64,000 bases of DNA. It comes from Nitrospirales bacterium. Lineage in GTDB: Bacteria; Nitrospirota; Nitrospiria; Nitrospirales; UBA8639. Positions 49,807 to 60,617 of the stretch are shown here, one piece after another (within the stretch, counting starts at the first letter, position 1; each line of letters opens with the position of its first letter). Below the pieces are notes generated by a model. It ran no database searches, was not told where the DNA came from, and saw only the letters and a program-made list of their open reading frames with translations. The stretch is taken from assembly GCA_965223295.1 (NCBI GenBank), contig CBDCWC010000002.1:1664001-1728000 (forward strand). Reading direction: 5' to 3'. Position numbers and translations under genes: made by a program.

Positions 49807-50772
49807 CTATATGCCCCGTGCAATCAGATCATGCAGATGAATCATACCGATAACTTTTTCTTGGTGATCTAATACAGGCAAGACAGAAATGGGTTTTTCG
49901 CGTTTCTCCATAAACTCTAAAGCCTTAAAAGCTTTTTCATCTGCATAGACCCAGCTCGGCTTGGGATTCATCATGTCGGCAAGCGACAACGAAAACGGAT
50001 CCCGTCCTTCTTCTAACGTCCGTCGAATATCGAAATCGGTAATGAGCCCCAACAAACGCTGCTGATCATCAATAATCGAAACAGCTCCCGCCCGTTTGCT
50101 TGTCATCTCAACAAGCATCGCCCGAAAAGACTCGGCTTTATCGATTACCGGGTTCGCTGCATCTTTGCGCATGCAATCCCCAACCGTGAGGAGCAATCGC
50201 TTGCCCAGTTGGCCACCGGGGTGAAACAACGCAAAATCTCCAGATTGAAAATTTCGAAGTTTCATAAGAGCTATGGCAATAGCATCACCTAAAACCAACG
50301 CCGCGGTTGTACTACAGGTTGGTGCCATGTTCAACGGACAGGCTTCTTCTTCAATGGGAGTGAGCAACACAACGTCGCTTCCGCATGCTAACGTGGATTC
50401 CGTTTTGGCAGTAATCGAAATTATTCTTGCACCTATCTTTCGAATAAAAGGGAGCACGGCCAGCACTTCTTCACTTTCTCCCGATTTTCCAATCGCAATC
50501 ACAATATCCTCTTTTGCCACAATGCCAATATCCCCGTGCATCGCTTCAGACCCATGGAGAAACACGGCAGGCGTTCCCGTAGACACCATCGTAGCTGAAA
50601 TTTTATTAGCAATTAGGCCAGATTTCCCCACACCCATGAGGATGACTTTCCCTTGACAAGCCTGTAACATTTTGACGGCTTCTTCGAACGGCGAAGTCAG
50701 ACTGTCCTCTAAATCGTGGAGCGTCTTAGCCTCTAACAGAATGACGCGCCGCAATTCGTTGAGAATATCCAT
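49807..50772 (-). CDS. kdsD: Arabinose-5-phosphate isomerase (KpsF/GutQ; SIS + CBS)
   Basis: GVGKSG, EAMHGDIG, EACPLNMAPT, FHPGGQLG, CBS pair. Confidence 0.95.
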   Translation of the reverse strand: MDILNELRRVILLEAKTLHDLEDSLTSPFEEAVKMLQACQGKVILMGVGKSGLIANKISATMVSTGTPAVFLHGSEAMHGDIGIVAKEDIVIAIGKSGESEEVLAVLPFIRKIGARIISITAKTESTLACGSDVVLLTPIEEEACPLNMAPTCSTTAALVLGDAIAIALMKLRNFQSGDFALFHPGGQLGKRLLLTVGDCMRKDAANPVIDKAESFRAMLVEMTSKRAGAVSIIDDQQRLLGLITDFDIRRTLEEGRDPFSLSLADMMNPKPSWVYADEKAFKALEFMEKREKPISVLPVLDHQEKVIGMIHLHDLIARGI

Positions 50773-51116
50773 ATGGCTACATGTTCAAAAAACTGTGAGA
50801 CATTTAGTTTGGCACCTAGAAAATCATTTGAAGTACTATTCTTGTAAATTGAGAGGAACAGGTAAACCCACTCTTATTTGGAAAGATTCAAAGACCACGA
50901 TTCTATCAAACTAACTACAGAGGAGGGGGAACGTCTAACCAGTCTCGAGAATGGAACATCTCCAGCAAAGAATATTCGAAGGACACCTATCAATGAATAC
51001 ATCAATTCTATAGTTTGGTCAACTCTACCTAAGTGATAATAGATTTTCATTCATAACAAATCCACTCAGCCAGGCATCTTCTTGTTCGCGCAAACATTAG
51101 GAAACACTTACGAATC

Positions 51117-51830
51117 ATGATCCCTGCACCGGCGACAAGATCAAAACGTCTCACAAGAAAATCGACACAACAGATTAAGCAAATGTATGAAGCCCTCGAC
51201 TACAAAGGCCTCGGTCCGATTTATTGCGACGAAGGAGGTGACGAGTTTTGGGCCGATCGCCGCGAACCTTGTCAAAAATTGGGGAGCGCGATAGCCAGAG
51301 CCCTTAAGGTCCGCCTGCCACCGCATGGACGGAGCCTCTACGTCGGCGCGGGGGTCCCTGAGATTCCCCCTCTGTTAATGGAACATCTAGAACTGAACCG
51401 GACTGTCTGCCCGTATAATCTCCGACGAGGCGAAGTTGATATTCTCAATCGCGCAGGGAAGAAAAGTGGAGTATCATTCTCTTGCAATTCGGCCGAGTCC
51501 GCGACGGGAATATTTGACCACCTCTGGATCGTTAGCGTCTTGAATGATCCGGAGGAATTTCCCACGCTCTCAGTCCTGTTTTCTTATGGTCGGGCAGACC
51601 CTCTAACGTTTGACACAACGGCTTTTTCTATTGAACGAGAAACAGGCATTCGCCTCTTTGCCAATTGTATGGCAAAACTGACACGCCCTGGATGGCTCAC
51701 CACCTCAGTTGAAGAACTGCCTTGGGTTGAACATTGGTGTGAAGTCCAACATCGTTCCTACCACCTCGAAGAACCAATGTACCCCACAGCCCTTGTCGGC
51801 GATCCTGTGTGTTTTATTCGAATTGAATAA
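51117..51830 (+). CDS. Hypothetical protein, possible SAM-methyltransferase-like fold
   Basis: 237-aa ORF; RSLYVGAGVPE resembles motif I. Confidence 0.65.
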   Translation: MIPAPATRSKRLTRKSTQQIKQMYEALDYKGLGPIYCDEGGDEFWADRREPCQKLGSAIARALKVRLPPHGRSLYVGAGVPEIPPLLMEHLELNRTVCPYNLRRGEVDILNRAGKKSGVSFSCNSAESATGIFDHLWIVSVLNDPEEFPTLSVLFSYGRADPLTFDTTAFSIERETGIRLFANCMAKLTRPGWLTTSVEELPWVEHWCEVQHRSYHLEEPMYPTALVGDPVCFIRIE

Positions 51831-51892
51831 GGATTAAAGATGGACCTCATGTTCGCCTTTTCAGTGTAGATGGGATCAGACAAAGACAGACC

Positions 51893-52861
51893 ATGAACCC
51901 ACCAATACCAGTCGGGCTGATCGGACTAGGACGGCATGGCCGCCGATATCTTCGTCATCTGATGGAAGAAGACACTAGCGGACAACTCGTGGCGATAAGC
52001 CGTCAACAAAGAGAAGAAGGACAGCGCCAAGCAGCCCAGCACCGGGTTAAATTCTTCCCTAACTATCGAGACCTGATCGCCGACCCAGCTATTAAGGCGA
52101 TCTTGGTAGTGGTCCCGCCAGAAATGCACAGGCCAATTGCCTTGGAAACCATTCGTCACCGCAAAGCCCTACTCCTGGAAAAGCCCTTAGCGTTGAATTC
52201 GAATGAGGGAAGGCAGATTGTCGAAGCGGCACACACAGCAGGCGTCCCTCTGATGACAGGACACACCCTGCGATACGATCCTGTCATTCAAAACATTCAA
52301 GAAAATGCCTCCACGCTCGGCCCCTGGAAGTCCTTACGTGGAACCATGCACTTGGAAGAACAGCCAGAAGCAAAGACCGGCCCAAAACCCGGACATGGTG
52401 TTCTCCTGGATATTGGCATTCATTTGTTGGACTGGATGCGCATGATGCTGCCGAAAGAACCACTCACCGTATCGGCCAAGATGACGCGCTCATCCATAGA
52501 CATACCTGAAGTGCAAGCAAAAATCATCCTGACAACACCATCGGGTCGTACCTGTCACCTGAATATCGCTAGAGTACGCACAAAGCGAGTTACACACATT
52601 GAAGTTCTGGGAAAAACAAGACGTATTCGAGGTGATTGGACAAATGGTCAGATACAAATCTTTGAGCAAGAGACACTTATATCTGATAACATCGTGCCAC
52701 CTATGTCCACGATCGTACACATGCTCAACGATTTTTTTCAAACACTTCAAGCAGATCAGCCTCCTCCCATTACGGGAGAAGAGGGCCTGCGAGCCGTAGA
52801 ATTAACAGAGGCTTGCTATCAAGCAGCGCAAACGGGTCAACACATTTCTTTTCCGCAATAA
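51893..52861 (+). CDS. Gfo/Idh/MocA oxidoreductase
   Basis: GLIGLGRHG, LLEKPLA, LLDIGIHLLD. Confidence 0.92.
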   Translation: MNPPIPVGLIGLGRHGRRYLRHLMEEDTSGQLVAISRQQREEGQRQAAQHRVKFFPNYRDLIADPAIKAILVVVPPEMHRPIALETIRHRKALLLEKPLALNSNEGRQIVEAAHTAGVPLMTGHTLRYDPVIQNIQENASTLGPWKSLRGTMHLEEQPEAKTGPKPGHGVLLDIGIHLLDWMRMMLPKEPLTVSAKMTRSSIDIPEVQAKIILTTPSGRTCHLNIARVRTKRVTHIEVLGKTRRIRGDWTNGQIQIFEQETLISDNIVPPMSTIVHMLNDFFQTLQADQPPPITGEEGLRAVELTEACYQAAQTGQHISFPQ

Positions 52862-52871
52862 AGCACTCCTG

Positions 52872-53564
52872 TTACGACTTTCCACCGGGCATCTGCATTC
52901 GCCAATTCTTATAGACTATCTGAATGGAACGCCCCTGTTCACGAAAGACCGCTTCGGCCTTTTTATAGAGTTCAGCAACCAACTCCCAGTCAGCACGACT
53001 GACATTAAATGCCTGCAAGGCCAACGCGATGTTCGGTTCTTCCCACAGCGGATGCTTCTGATCATAGCCTATCAGCACAGCCAAGGCCCGCTCCGTTAAC
53101 CCTTCTTCCCTCTTCGGTCCGTTCCCTTGTTCCTCATCTTGATTTTCCCAGTCCGCCTCAGCAGCTGTCCAATAGGCGGCAACTTCTGATGATGTCGATT
53201 TCGTAAAAGTCGACTGCAATTGAATCAGCGCATGAATCACTTGGTTAGCTTGAGCAGTTCCCTCGGGAGGTAAGATGCCAGCTTCATCAAAGGTAGCCAA
53301 CAATGCCATAATCGTTCCGACCATCTTTGAACTGGTTCGCTTCGCTATAAAGACTCTGTGCGATATGTTCGAATCTTGCGGAACAACGTTCCTACCTGAT
53401 TTCTCCAGCGTCGTGAACATTCGTCCAGCTTGACCAATGTCTGAATGTAAGAAGACCACATGAATCAATAGCCACAAAAAAACTGCATGTGATCCAACCC
53501 GCCAGCGAGATTGGAAAGTATTAAAAAGTATGACCTGGTTTTGGTTTTTCAGGATTGTCCTCAT
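52872..53564 (-). CDS. Hypothetical exported/membrane-anchored protein
   Basis: 230-aa ORF with an N-terminal hydrophobic segment and a helical domain. Confidence 0.65.
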   Translation of the reverse strand: MRTILKNQNQVILFNTFQSRWRVGSHAVFLWLLIHVVFLHSDIGQAGRMFTTLEKSGRNVVPQDSNISHRVFIAKRTSSKMVGTIMALLATFDEAGILPPEGTAQANQVIHALIQLQSTFTKSTSSEVAAYWTAAEADWENQDEEQGNGPKREEGLTERALAVLIGYDQKHPLWEEPNIALALQAFNVSRADWELVAELYKKAEAVFREQGRSIQIVYKNWRMQMPGGKS

Positions 53565-53611
53565 TATCCATTCAAGGGTACTATGATACGTCCTCGCCTT
53601 AATTTAGGAAA

Positions 53612-54538
53612 ATGTCGCTCATGTCATCGCCCCACGTCCCATCTCCTGCCAATTCTAATCTTCAGCGCTCCTTACAATATTACCAAAAGGGAGTACTCCA
53701 ACCAGAAGCCTGGTTCAAAATTGTCGAACAGGACTACAGACAACTCATCGCGGCCATTAATTGGTTAGAGGTGTTCAAGCCCCCACGTACCGAATTTCAT
53801 GTATTGGACGTGGGATGTGGGACAGGACGTTTTCCTTCATTGCTTCGCTCCCAACTCCCGTCGACCCTTCGCATTCATTACGACTATCTTGACCCCTCTC
53901 ATTATAGTTTGGCCATGTGCCAGAAGGCACTCCAACCGCCATTCATCCCACATAATAGCTGGCAAACAACTCTGGAACATTCCCAGAAGATTCTCAGCTT
54001 TGGCATCTATGACATCGCCTGGGCTATTCAGTCCCTCTATTGCCTTGAAGATGCCCATACCCATGCAGCTTTGAAACAGCTAATGCAAGCACTTCATCCC
54101 ATGCGGGGAACAGCCTGCCTTGTCCTCGCGAGACACGACGCATTTTTTCCTCAAGTCCATCAAATGTTTTATGAACATTGCTCAGAGCACACTCCACCAC
54201 CCTATTTGTCAGCCGAATCCGCTGTGGCGACCTTGGAGGAATTAGGGGCGACAAACATTATCCGCGAACTGCCCTGTACCCACACCATTTCTATCAGAGA
54301 AGACCGCCTGTTAGAACAATACCTACAACAAAGCGTCATGGACACTATGCCGCTCCCAAAATGGCGCCAACATGCCCCATTACGGGATTTCTTGGAATCC
54401 CATCGCCATGATGACGTCTATCAATTTCCAAACACTTATTGGCTCATTTTCAGTATTCCATCTTCTGCTGGGGCTGCAGGGAAGGACCGACTACAAACGT
54501 ACCTGACCTCAGTTACCCCACCAGCGCAGACAAGATAA
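53612..54538 (+). CDS. Class I SAM-dependent methyltransferase
   Basis: VLDVGCGTGRF, YDYLDPS, YDIAWAIQSLY. Confidence 0.85.
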   Translation: MSLMSSPHVPSPANSNLQRSLQYYQKGVLQPEAWFKIVEQDYRQLIAAINWLEVFKPPRTEFHVLDVGCGTGRFPSLLRSQLPSTLRIHYDYLDPSHYSLAMCQKALQPPFIPHNSWQTTLEHSQKILSFGIYDIAWAIQSLYCLEDAHTHAALKQLMQALHPMRGTACLVLARHDAFFPQVHQMFYEHCSEHTPPPYLSAESAVATLEELGATNIIRELPCTHTISIREDRLLEQYLQQSVMDTMPLPKWRQHAPLRDFLESHRHDDVYQFPNTYWLIFSIPSSAGAAGKDRLQTYLTSVTPPAQTR

Positions 54539-54721
54539 GTCTCTGAAAAAGATCGGATTTAGCACATTGACCCCTCTAGTAAAGTTGTGAGACATTCAGA
54601 CGTTTAGGGCATATGATGGACAATTTTGCCCAATCAACTTCAAGAATTTTCTGCATCTCCTAGATCATCTCAACCTGATAATCCTAGGGCACTATCGACC
54701 AATCATAAGGAGTGTACATTC

Positions 54722-56395
54722 ATGTCGGACTCGCTCAAACACCAGAGTAAAACCTTAACCGAAGGACCTGACCGCGCACCTGCTAGAGCAATGTTACGAG
54801 CAGTGGGGTTGGTCGATGAAGACTTCAATAAACCCTTAATTGCCGTGGCCAATACCTGGTCGGAAATCACCCCCTGTAACTATCACCTTCGGGATCTGGC
54901 CAATAGCGTCAAACAAGGCATTCGCGATGCCGGAGGGACCCCCATCGAATTCAACACGATCGTGGTGTCCGACGGCATCAGTATGGGGACAGAAGGCATG
55001 AAAGCTTCTCTCATCAGCCGGGAGGTCGTGGCCGATTCTATCGAACTGGCCGTCCGTGGACACCTTTTTGACGGCGTCATTGCACTTTCGGGTTGCGACA
55101 AAACCATTCCCGGCTGCGTGATGGCATTAGCCAGGCTGAATCTTCCCTCGCTCATGCTCTATGGCGGCTCCATCATGCCAGGAGAATTTCATGGCAAACC
55201 CGTCTCCATTCAAGATGTTTTCGAAGCCGTTGGTTCCCATGCCCGTGGGAAAATGAGTACCGAAGAGCTCACAGAATTAGAACGCCGTGCATGCCCAGGG
55301 GCTGGAGCTTGCGGCGGGCAATTTACGGCCAATACTATGGCCATAGCGTTTGAATTTTTGGGCATTTCACCTATGGGCTTCAATGGCATTCCTGCCCTAG
55401 ACCCAAAGAAACATGAGGCGGCCAAAGAATGTGGGAAATTGTTGATCAATCTGTTGAAAAAAAGTCTCCGCCCCACAGACATCATCACTCGCACCGCACT
55501 GGAAAATGCCATTGCCGCTATCGCCACAACCGGTGGTTCAACCAATGGTGTGTTGCATTTACTCTCTATTGCCCATGAACTATCCGTTCCCTTGACGATC
55601 GATGACTTTGATACGATCAACCGGAAAGTCCCCTTATTGGCCGATTTGAAGCCAGGCGGGCAGTATATGGCCGCGGATCTCTATCGAGCTGGCGGAACGC
55701 CTCTTGTAGCCAAATGGCTCATCGAAGCAGGACATCTTCAAGGAGAGCAGATCACCGTCACGGGCAACACTCTCAAGGAGGAAGCGGCTTCAGCTCAAGA
55801 AACAGCAGGTCAGCAGGTCCTTCACCGGGTTGCCACTCCGATCAAACCCAGCGGAGGCCTGGTCATCTTAAAAGGCAATCTGGCCCCGGAAGGTTGTGTC
55901 GTCAAAGTCGCAGGGCACAAAAAACTCATTCATAAAGGGCCGGCTAAAGTGTTTGAGGGGGAAGAGGAGGCTTTTCAAGCCGTCCAACAGGGGAGCATCA
56001 AAGACGGCGATGTTGTCGTGATTCGTTACGAAGGCCCTCAAGGAGGACCAGGGATGCGGGAAATGTTGGGCGTTACCAGCGCCATCGTCGGAGCGGGTTT
56101 AGGCGAATCCGTTGCTCTTCTCACAGACGGACGCTTTTCCGGAGCCACGCATGGACTCATGGCCGGGCATGTCGCACCCGAAGCCGCTAAAGGCGGTCCC
56201 ATTGCCGCCGTCAAGAACGGGGACATCATCAATATGGATATCACCAACCGCCGCCTGGATGTAGAACTATCAGACCAAGAAATCCAAACCAGGCTCACAA
56301 AATGGACGCCGCCCAAACCGCACTACGCCAGCGGCGTCATGGCCAAATACGCCAAACTCGTCTCTTCCGCCTCTCAAGGCGCGGTCACAAGTTGA
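54722..56395 (+). CDS. ilvD: Dihydroxy-acid dehydratase
   Basis: [45 protein letters not shown] at 54722 with RBS AAGGAG. Confidence 0.97.
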   Translation: MSDSLKHQSKTLTEGPDRAPARAMLRAVGLVDEDFNKPLIAVANTWSEITPCNYHLRDLANSVKQGIRDAGGTPIEFNTIVVSDGISMGTEGMKASLISREVVADSIELAVRGHLFDGVIALSGCDKTIPGCVMALARLNLPSLMLYGGSIMPGEFHGKPVSIQDVFEAVGSHARGKMSTEELTELERRACPGAGACGGQFTANTMAIAFEFLGISPMGFNGIPALDPKKHEAAKECGKLLINLLKKSLRPTDIITRTALENAIAAIATTGGSTNGVLHLLSIAHELSVPLTIDDFDTINRKVPLLADLKPGGQYMAADLYRAGGTPLVAKWLIEAGHLQGEQITVTGNTLKEEAASAQETAGQQVLHRVATPIKPSGGLVILKGNLAPEGCVVKVAGHKKLIHKGPAKVFEGEEEAFQAVQQGSIKDGDVVVIRYEGPQGGPGMREMLGVTSAIVGAGLGESVALLTDGRFSGATHGLMAGHVAPEAAKGGPIAAVKNGDIINMDITNRRLDVELSDQEIQTRLTKWTPPKPHYASGVMAKYAKLVSSASQGAVTS

Positions 56396-56463
56396 GAATC
56401 GCTTGCTCAGCCTATTGGCCTGACCAAGGTGCAGGGTCAAATTCAGATAGAAAACCTACCACA

Positions 56464-57756
56464 CTATTTTTTGAGAAGGACATTGGTCTTTTTTTGTGCG
56501 ATTTGGACGGTTTGGAAGGCACGGTCTTTTTGACCGAGCGGGGCATCCTGTTCAATCGCCTTGAGGAACTCTTGAGGGCCATGAACCGGAGCATAGGTGA
56601 GAGTCACGATTACATCCATAGAAGGAGCATCTTTAGGTGTTGGGAAGGAGAAAGTTTCCTTTCGTGTTTCTTCCGGCTGGAGCAGCGTATCTTGTAAGAC
56701 CTTTTTGGCTTCGAAATCCAAGACTGTTTCTTTGCCGTCTGCCCCACCAAAGACTCGCTGATAGAATCGCTGTTCGTTATAGACCGTCTTAAGATTCTTC
56801 CCCTTAACGGTCAGATCAACGACCACCCGTGACCATCCAGGATGGGGTAACGGCAAATTATGCGGCACAAGACTTTTGATGGTGACATCGACTTGAGAGG
56901 TTTTGCCCTTGACCGTGGAGGAAAAATCCAGCTCGACCGCCTCTGCCCGGACTTTGCCAAATCTTCCCGGAAAGCTGTGATTCGCCACTTTTCTAATTTT
57001 TTCACCATTGGCTGACTCAGCAACTGCCTCAGGCATATGACAGGATTGACAAGGCTTTCCACTTTTCTCCGCTTGCGATTCTTTCCATGTTCCTAACCAA
57101 CCGGGCAAATCCTTGGCAGATTGGGCGGTTTTTGGCAAGCTATCATGGCATGTGACACAAAATTGTGAACTTCCGAACAACTCAAGTTTCTGAGATTGAT
57201 GAGCTAAATTTTCAGCCGCTTTGTCATAGTTCCCAAAGATGGTTGTGCCCAATTGAAACGTGGGAATCGGAGGATGGGCATTAGCATCCACATCATGAAT
57301 CAAATGACATTGCGGACATCCAACTCCATCCATGTGTGGATCTTTGGATTCAACTTCCTTAATAAATCGAGGTAAGAGTTCGCTATATTCGGCAATATGC
57401 GGGGCATGACACTGAAAACACATCGCGCGATCTTTTTTGTCTGCCTTGGCTAAATACCGCTCTAAGGTGATGCGAAATGGCGCGGAGACGATGGAACGAG
57501 ATTGGGCTGAAGCTTCCCATTCTTCAAAGGCACGGAGATGACAACGTTTGCACTTTTCTGAATTTGGGAATGCTTTCTCCACGGGTTTTTTCGCAGCCAT
57601 CACCGAAGGAACACACACAGCCAATATGACAGCGATCAAAACGCTACAAATTTTTGCTATTTGTACATTTCTACCCCACCTATGTCCTCTCAGCACAACG
57701 GGGTGAAAACTAAAATCTTGCCAAACGGAAAAAATCTGTAGAGTCTTCTTATCCAT
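56464..57756 (-). CDS. Periplasmic pentaheme cytochrome c
   Basis: Five CxxCH (CKRCH, CFQCH, CPQCH, CVTCH, CQSCH); signal-like segment; beta-rich C-terminal domain. Confidence 0.92.
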   Translation of the reverse strand: MDKKTLQIFSVWQDFSFHPVVLRGHRWGRNVQIAKICSVLIAVILAVCVPSVMAAKKPVEKAFPNSEKCKRCHLRAFEEWEASAQSRSIVSAPFRITLERYLAKADKKDRAMCFQCHAPHIAEYSELLPRFIKEVESKDPHMDGVGCPQCHLIHDVDANAHPPIPTFQLGTTIFGNYDKAAENLAHQSQKLELFGSSQFCVTCHDSLPKTAQSAKDLPGWLGTWKESQAEKSGKPCQSCHMPEAVAESANGEKIRKVANHSFPGRFGKVRAEAVELDFSSTVKGKTSQVDVTIKSLVPHNLPLPHPGWSRVVVDLTVKGKNLKTVYNEQRFYQRVFGGADGKETVLDFEAKKVLQDTLLQPEETRKETFSFPTPKDAPSMDVIVTLTYAPVHGPQEFLKAIEQDAPLGQKDRAFQTVQIAQKKTNVLLKK

Positions 57757-57781
57757 ATAATCTTCTAATCGAATAAAGTGC

Positions 57782-59110
57782 TTATAAGTTCATGGTCCGA
57801 AACGTGAGCAATCGAGGAGTGGCATAATCATTGATAATCGCTTCGGCTTTTTCACGGTCTTTTTCATCGGGCAACGTGGCAAAATAGGCTTCTTTCAACT
57901 CTCCAGTTGGTTTCGGAATCAAAGCATAATTAAGAGCCGCTTCAATTAACAATCCCTGCGTATCTTGTGGAGCCTTCAAGGAAAAAGGAATATGGCGGGT
58001 TGTTCCCCCATTCACCAAAGGCCGTGGGATCGGACCGCGCAACAACTCTTCAAACGTTTTTCCAAACCGTTCGGTATATTGATCGACGACCTGCCCATCG
58101 GCCGATTTGAGTGTCACGGTCACAAAAAATTGCTTCAAGACCGGGTCTCCACCGGGAAACGTATGTGGAAGGGCTCCATTTTTTACAAGCACTTCACCTT
58201 CAATAACTCCCTGACCAGGCTTTGCGTCAATGTCTACCCGCGAAAACCATTCGGCCTGTAGATTACGATTGCTCAACATGATGCCTGGAATCACAATCCC
58301 CTGAAACCAATGACGCCCAATCGGACGCGTTAAGGCCCCTCGTTGCGAGGTGGAACTACCCGTTGATTGTTCCATATGACAATCCTGACAAATCGTGCCC
58401 TTCAGAATTTGCCCAGGAATATCTTCCCGCATCACATCTTTGACTTTACCAAAATGACACGAGGCACAGTAATGCGCGCCTTTATAGATATCAGCCTGTT
58501 TAGACGGATGAACAAGGTTTTCTTCAGGTTCCGCATAGGGACCAAAAATCGCCTCACCTGAGGAAATTTTAAATGTGGGATGCCCATTCGGATTTTCCTG
58601 GGTCCCGGAAATTAAATGGCAGGCGCTACAACTAATGCCTTCGACCTTTACATGTTTCCTGCCTTTCATAACTTGATCAATAATGCGATCAGTATATTGT
58701 GGAAACACCGTAACGGAAGGCGCATGGCAGGAAAGACAACGGTTCCGTTCGTCAGCATTGGGTTTAGTCTGCAACCACAAACCCAATACGGTTTGAAACA
58801 CAGGAGAAGTCAGCGCGGTACCATGCAAGAGAGCCCCATCCACACGACCAAAGGTTTTGAGATCCATAGTCTGCTCACGCATGCCTTTCCATTCTTCATA
58901 ATGGCGATCATGGCATTGCTTGCATTGTTCGGATGGAATAAAGATTTCTTCAATCTCTTCCATCCAACTACGTTCTCCAGCCTCAGAAGATGGTGCTAGT
59001 TCTTGTGCGGCTACGAATCCAGCCAAGCTCAGGCCCACGAGGATACTCCCCAAGAGAATTCGAGCAAAGGGGCACACCCCAATCTTCCGAAAATCATCGC
59101 TCTTTATCAT
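57782..59110 (-). CDS. Periplasmic pentaheme cytochrome c (paralog)
   Basis: Five CxxCH (CKQCH, CLSCH, CSACH, CASCH, CQDCH); signal peptide ending FVAA-QE. Confidence 0.92.
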   Translation of the reverse strand: MIKSDDFRKIGVCPFARILLGSILVGLSLAGFVAAQELAPSSEAGERSWMEEIEEIFIPSEQCKQCHDRHYEEWKGMREQTMDLKTFGRVDGALLHGTALTSPVFQTVLGLWLQTKPNADERNRCLSCHAPSVTVFPQYTDRIIDQVMKGRKHVKVEGISCSACHLISGTQENPNGHPTFKISSGEAIFGPYAEPEENLVHPSKQADIYKGAHYCASCHFGKVKDVMREDIPGQILKGTICQDCHMEQSTGSSTSQRGALTRPIGRHWFQGIVIPGIMLSNRNLQAEWFSRVDIDAKPGQGVIEGEVLVKNGALPHTFPGGDPVLKQFFVTVTLKSADGQVVDQYTERFGKTFEELLRGPIPRPLVNGGTTRHIPFSLKAPQDTQGLLIEAALNYALIPKPTGELKEAYFATLPDEKDREKAEAIINDYATPRLLTFRTMNL

Positions 59111-59119
59111 GAATACCCG

Positions 59120-59572
59120 TTAATCCTGCAAAATGCGTACAAAATGAAAATTCAACCCTCCGGTGACTCCGACACCCGTCATAGGCTCATAGGTCGCAAC
59201 TGTGAAATTCTGAGTTGGTAATGTCTTTTCCAAAGCTCGTCCCAAATCCAACAAGGTACGAATTTCAAAAGTGTCAACTTCTTTAATCACAGCTTTGACC
59301 TTAATACCTGAAAGTTCTGCTGGCGACCCCCCGATAACCGCGAAAACCACGACCCCTTCGGCTTTCGTCAGTCCGAGTATTTCTTGAATTTCCTCGTCAA
59401 CTTCTCCAACATCCACACCAAATTGCTCAGCCAGGGCTAAAGCCTTTTCTTCGGTCATCGAACTCGTGTCTGACTCTGCAAAGACGGGAAGAGACGTCAT
59501 CTCGAATCCTATTAACAAACACAAAATGAATAAGAGGGTGGGATTTGTTATTCCAGAAAAATGAGGTCTCAT
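59120..59572 (-). CDS. Exported stand-alone PDZ-domain protein
   Basis: Signal peptide (...PVFA-ES); GVVVFAVIGGSPAELSGIK PDZ motif; ATG at 59572 preferred. Confidence 0.8.
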   Translation of the reverse strand: MRPHFSGITNPTLLFILCLLIGFEMTSLPVFAESDTSSMTEEKALALAEQFGVDVGEVDEEIQEILGLTKAEGVVVFAVIGGSPAELSGIKVKAVIKEVDTFEIRTLLDLGRALEKTLPTQNFTVATYEPMTGVGVTGGLNFHFVRILQD

Positions 59573-59579
59573 GTATTCC

Positions 59580-60428
59580 CTATTGTGCTTGAACCGGATC
59601 AATTTGCAACTGCATCCAGGAGGCGACCGCTTTTTGTCCATTACGTTCTTTGTTTTCCCCGTTCCACACTGCAAAGGCCACCGCCTGCAATCGCCCAGGG
59701 ATGAGCTTGGCTTCATTCTCGAGCGCATCGCCCTCGACGCTCAGCGGGCGTTTCATCACGACGCGCCAGAGTCCACGCTTCCATTCGGCCTGGCCCTTAA
59801 TTCGACCTTGCCGCTCTTTACTGGTCAATGTGCTAAATCCACCACCGATTAGATCCTCGACGGAAGATGGTCGCCGTGGAATGACTTCAAAACGACGAGG
59901 GCCTTTTCTTTTTCGTTTCGATTCTTTCGCTCGAGCCGCCCGGCGATCCACGTCACTCTGCCAATCAGCTTTCCAATGCCAAATGTTCACGTAATGATCC
60001 AACTGCCCCATACAAAAAAAGGCTGGCGCATCTCCGACGGGAAGAGCCACGGCTGCTCCATCTCGAAACACCCCAGGCGTTAAGGATTCATTCACCGTGG
60101 CATCTTGCCATTCCATTAAAAATGCGACTTCTTTTCCATTGTGAATCGACCGAATAGATAACGCCCGGACACTCGGCTCCGGCCACACGGGTCGGGTAAT
60201 AATTTGGCCGCTCAGCGGGAGGGGAAGAGGAGAGACAGTTTCCCACGCCGGATCAGAAGGATGCGATGGCACTTCTCCTTCTTGGAAATGGGCACGAACC
60301 ACCATGCCCTGCGAACTCACCAAGGGAACTTCATGCCAGGTCAAGGCGAAAAGCAAGATCAACCCCATTGATCCCCAAAACCAAAGAGGCTGCATTTTAC
60401 ACCTGAGTGACCGATGAGCGCCTAACAC
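59580..60428 (-). CDS. Heme-b binding DOMON-like protein (ethylbenzene dehydrogenase gamma / NxrC-like)
   Basis: FLMEWQDAT, FRDGAAV, FCMGQ (Met ligand), VNIWHWKAD, AFAVWNG..KERNGQKAV (Lys ligand). Confidence 0.85.
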   Translation of the reverse strand: MLGAHRSLRCKMQPLWFWGSMGLILLFALTWHEVPLVSSQGMVVRAHFQEGEVPSHPSDPAWETVSPLPLPLSGQIITRPVWPEPSVRALSIRSIHNGKEVAFLMEWQDATVNESLTPGVFRDGAAVALPVGDAPAFFCMGQLDHYVNIWHWKADWQSDVDRRAARAKESKRKRKGPRRFEVIPRRPSSVEDLIGGGFSTLTSKERQGRIKGQAEWKRGLWRVVMKRPLSVEGDALENEAKLIPGRLQAVAFAVWNGENKERNGQKAVASWMQLQIDPVQAQ

Positions 60429-60617
60429 GGATGACTAACCTCCAATTTCATCTTACCATTTTCAAATGAGAGGATGCAGGCTCAAAAGATACATACGCTA
60501 AGAAAGCGTTGAAACATGGCCCTGAATTTAAAAAAAGATTTGACGAAAATAACCGGCAAGAATTTTTCCCATGAACCAAAAGGCCGGAGGACGTGGTCCT
60601 CTCTTGGATGGAGGGTT

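Noticed and set aside
54626-54721. N-terminal extension of ilvD
   Set aside because: A strong RBS (AAGGAG) precedes ATG 54722, where homology starts
59573-59728. N-terminal extension of the PDZ protein
   Set aside because: Overlaps the heme-b gene; the signal peptide starts at ATG 59572
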